From positions 328,431 to 392,430 of the forward strand of contig CAVYNH010000004.1 of NCBI GenBank assembly GCA_963769885.1: a stretch of DNA of 64,000 nt, given 5' to 3'. Source of the stretch: Methanobacteriota archaeon (lineage in GTDB: Archaea > Thermoplasmatota > E2 > DHVEG-1). Numbering within the stretch: the first letter of the stretch is position 1; each line of letters starts with the position of its first letter. Below the pieces are notes generated by a model. The model was not told where the DNA came from and made no database searches. It was given only the letters and a program-made list of their open reading frames with translations. Below are positions 61,104-64,000 of the stretch, one piece after another. The translations under genes were made by a program, and so were the position numbers.

Positions 61104-61469
61104 TTGGCAAAACCTAAAGAAGCTATATCGCAGGCGACACTTCTTCAACAACTCGCCAAAGAACAAGCCGCAGAGACACAACCACCAGTCAAAGTGAGCG
61201 ATTCGACAGAGGTGATGAAGACGCTGTTAGCCAAGAAGAAAACAGCAAAGACCACGCCACCGAAGACAGCCACTAAGTCAAAGGCGACAAAGAGTTCAGA
61301 CCATCCACATGTCAAAGACCCTGGCTACTGGTCCTGGTACTACAGGCAACCCGGTGTAAAACAGAAGTACTTAGCTTGGAGTAAAAAGTGGCGTGACAGA
61401 AAGCGAGCTGAGAAACTCGCAGCAGAACAGAAGTCAAAAAAATCAACCAAGAAGACAGCGAAACAATAA
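61104..61469 (+). CDS. Basic Lys/Ala/Thr-rich putative DNA-binding protein
   Basis: TTG start with GGTGA RBS; AKKKTAKTTPPKTATKSKATK. Confidence 0.6.
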   Translation: MAKPKEAISQATLLQQLAKEQAAETQPPVKVSDSTEVMKTLLAKKKTAKTTPPKTATKSKATKSSDHPHVKDPGYWSWYYRQPGVKQKYLAWSKKWRDRKRAEKLAAEQKSKKSTKKTAKQ

Positions 61470-61620
61470 TTCGTTGTTTTCTCTCTTTTTTTCATCGTCT
61501 TATCATAGGTTTTCAGCTGATGGGAGGTTGGACAAAATTGACAGAGATTCTTCCGGCTCAATCTACCTCACATAAGATTTTATAAAGAAAAATAAGATAT
61601 CAACAAGGGAATACAAAAAT

Positions 61621-62568
61621 ATGAATGAACGAAGTGAAGAAATCAAACGGATTGAATCTGAATTTAAAATCTTTCTTAAAAATTTTTATCCAAATAAAAG
61701 AATTAGTGAACAAAAAGACAAAGAACTTAGTGACAAACTTATAGGAATATTTGATTACTGTGCTTATCTTAAAAAGAGAAGCGAGAGTGGAATTTTCATT
61801 TCTCGCAAACAAATATATGATGAATTATTCGAAAAATTGGGTTTGCGTTTTAATGAGAACGAAATGAAAAAATTGATTGACTCAATGAGTTTGACAAGTT
61901 TATTAGATATATATTATGAGGGTGAATTAGGAGACTATATTGTTTTTATGAATAATCTTGTAGAAGTCGCGTATTTTTCAAAAAAAGATAAAGATTTACA
62001 GACGATTTTTTCATGTATTAACATACCTGAAGTGATGGCCTATAATCAATTCCTATGTTCAAAATTTGAGGAAATCAGTTCATTTCTTTTTAAAAAACCT
62101 TTTCGAAGTACCTCATCCATTCAAGAATTATTAGAGTTATACAAAAATCTTTGTGGACATTATGAAACCTTCATCAAATTAATGATATTTGCTTATGAGC
62201 TGGTGTATGAAAGTAAACCTTTTGAAGAAGAAAGATTCAAGCAATTGTCAAAGAAAGATTTTTATTTGATACTACAACTAACTGAGAAAATTCCTGATTT
62301 CGAAGTTTTCCGAGTCCCGTACAATAATAAACTAAGAAATCATCTTGTCCATCCAAGTTTCAAAATAGATTATACCAATAAAATGGTCATCTATTCATCT
62401 ACCAGGATTTCTTTCAAAGATGTATTAACTCAAACAAGAAATCTTCTAGAAGTGTTAGCATCTAACAACTTTATTTATGTATTTATTTCGAGAAAAAAAA
62501 TTCAAGAGGCATACTATTTATTACAAGTGGAAAAGAATGAACACAAGAAACAAAACTTGATGAAATAG
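61621..62568 (+). CDS. Hypothetical protein with a HEPN-like RNxxxH motif
   Basis: NKLRNHLVHP near the C-terminus. Confidence 0.55.
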   Translation: MNERSEEIKRIESEFKIFLKNFYPNKRISEQKDKELSDKLIGIFDYCAYLKKRSESGIFISRKQIYDELFEKLGLRFNENEMKKLIDSMSLTSLLDIYYEGELGDYIVFMNNLVEVAYFSKKDKDLQTIFSCINIPEVMAYNQFLCSKFEEISSFLFKKPFRSTSSIQELLELYKNLCGHYETFIKLMIFAYELVYESKPFEEERFKQLSKKDFYLILQLTEKIPDFEVFRVPYNNKLRNHLVHPSFKIDYTNKMVIYSSTRISFKDVLTQTRNLLEVLASNNFIYVFISRKKIQEAYYLLQVEKNEHKKQNLMK

Positions 62569-62722
62569 AAAAGAAAATTTGGTTCAGAAAGACACACCGT
62601 TTCATTAGAAAAACCACATCTTTAAAAGTGTCTGCTCCAAAGCAGTAATGCTGCCTTCTCTTTTTATTTAATTTTTTATGGCGACGAGCAAATACAAGTA
62701 ATTGTAATCCCATCCCAATTCA

Positions 62723-62923
62723 ATGTTCAGAGTAGGAGAATACACACTGTTCAAATACACAACAAAACCAAGAAAGTCGACGACACACTATTTTTTTAGT
62801 AAAAAGACACCTCGTGCGGGAACACCACTGGATAATATCCCCGAAGGTTACGAAGTAAAACAAAATTCAACCAACAGACTTCCTTATCTTCACAAAATCA
62901 AGAACAATGGGGGCAAACAGTGA
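62723..62923 (+). CDS. Small basic protein (YFFSKK..P.GYEV..N....LPYL type)
   Basis: Motif recalled from Thermoplasmata small proteins; not verified. Confidence 0.6.
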   Translation: MFRVGEYTLFKYTTKPRKSTTHYFFSKKTPRAGTPLDNIPEGYEVKQNSTNRLPYLHKIKNNGGKQ

Positions 62924-63135
62924 CGAAACATCATTTTGACTATAAACGATTCATTTTATCTAAGACAGTTCTGTTGTTTCTTTCAATTATTTTTGGAATG
63001 CTTACATTGGTGTCGCTAAGAGTCCATCCAATTATAGCCTCAATATGTTTCGTAGTCTTTGTTGTTTTCTTTTCTGTGTTGATAGAAAAGGAGCGGGTGA
63101 TTAAACTTCTCGATAAAAAATTCAACAATCGGTAG
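62920..63135 (+). CDS. Small 2-TM protein
   Basis: GTGA overlap with the upstream gene. Confidence 0.55.
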   Translation: MTKHHFDYKRFILSKTVLLFLSIIFGMLTLVSLRVHPIIASICFVVFVVFFSVLIEKERVIKLLDKKFNNR

Positions 63136-63150
63136 CAGGCAACAAGAGGT

Positions 63151-63588
63151 GTGGTCATCCATTGTAGATTCTGTAACAGTAAAACTCAATTAATTAGACC
63201 AAAACAAATTGGACATAACCGTGATATTGATGGCTTCTTTCTCTACTACTGTCCAGTATGTTTTTCTGTCGATAATTTACAGTTGTTGGAAGAAAGGAAT
63301 TTGGTATGTGCGCAGACAATGCAACGAGCACTTTTTTCTAATCATACAAGACGGGAAGTCGTATACCTTCTCGCTTCCAATAATGGACATCATTTTGAGA
63401 GTAACGAGCAAAGGAAGATGTTTATCGCAGATACAATCAAAAAAGCGAGGAACACCACGGATGAGTATGCATGTCGAACAATCGCCGAGTGTTTTAACTT
63501 GAAGGTTACAAAGGTTTTAGAAGTATTTTTTAGAATCCATCGAGTTAAAAACAGATTTTCGTATGAAGTATCGGACAAGATTTTGTAG
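63151..63588 (+). CDS. Zinc-ribbon protein with a possible HTH
   Basis: CRFC..YCPVC; GAGGT near the start. Confidence 0.55.
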   Translation: MVIHCRFCNSKTQLIRPKQIGHNRDIDGFFLYYCPVCFSVDNLQLLEERNLVCAQTMQRALFSNHTRREVVYLLASNNGHHFESNEQRKMFIADTIKKARNTTDEYACRTIAECFNLKVTKVLEVFFRIHRVKNRFSYEVSDKIL

Positions 63589-64000
63589 GACACAGACCAA
63601 ATATAAACGCTGATTTGAGATTACTATTTTTGGAAGTATCAGTAGCTTCATCTCCGAGAGAGGGCAATCCTCTCACATTCTTTAATTTAGAATGCAGAGG
63701 CGTACGCGACCATCCCAAGGGGGGCTTTGCTCAGCGGATGTTACCTCAATCCTGAGTTTTCACCCCCTTATCCTCCAATGTGTTTACGAAAAGAATAATA
63801 GTTCCGGAGAACTATAATTGAAAAAATAATTGTTTGTCATCATTCTAATAGAGAATGCTCTTCAAGAAGACAAGTTTGAGTCCGAATAATAGTCCCTGTT
63901 GTTATAGTATAATGGGCGAATAGTAGATGATTTCAGCATACATACAAAGACGATGAGACAAACAATATTTGGGAAAAATGGTGGAATTTTTACCTGGTTG

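Larger units (their letters stand above)
51960..64000. mobile_element. AT-rich integrated plasmid/virus-like element (continues beyond the window)
   Basis: Drop in GC after the fen promoter; integrase at the edge; replication ATPase; orphan and defence-like genes; att site not found. Confidence 0.75.

Noticed and set aside
63690-63780. GC-richer patch with a possible stem (ggggg...ccccc) as an ncRNA
   Set aside because: Pairing is weak and no family motif was recognised, so it cannot be supported without a covariance search.

Overview
Archaeal chromosomal window, most likely Thermoplasmatota of the MBG-D/DHVEG-1 type. This is an inference from the A-type ATP synthase, RFC-L, FEN1, DUF835 and the 'LYVGGSGPGNYTTI' beta-helix proteins. 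There are four segments. (1) 1-14.6 kb is GC-rich backbone: atpC-F-A-B-D, a membrane H+-PPase, transporters, HtrA and a geranylgeranyl reductase. (2) ~14.6-32.0 kb is an AT-rich island with no integrase that ends at the 3' end of an intact tRNA-Ser(GCT). It is punctuated by about seven degenerate, co-oriented tRNA-Ser/Leu 3'-end fragments, most with a shared ~40-bp flanking motif, so it looks like a tandem array of att-bounded gene cassettes. Cargo includes an AOR, a GH57, C2H2 microproteins, a PAS-DUF835-wHTH regulator with an apparent regulon of small genes, a kinase, a HAD hydrolase and an IS200. (3) 32-52 kb is backbone again: rfcL, htpX/lemA, an LsrF-like aldolase, pepD, beta-helix proteins, an ArsS/TIGR04282/TIGR04283-type cluster, tRNA-Gly(CCC) and fen1. 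(4) ~52-64 kb is a second AT-rich integrated element with a tyrosine integrase, a frameshifted AAA/helicase and defence-like cargo (TM-Schlafen, two HEPN-like proteins, an HExxH/AN1-ZnF protein). The backbone also shows extreme C+A versus G+T strand-skew domains alternating every few kb, strong enough to distort protein composition. All calls come from motif recognition by eye; no database searches were run.
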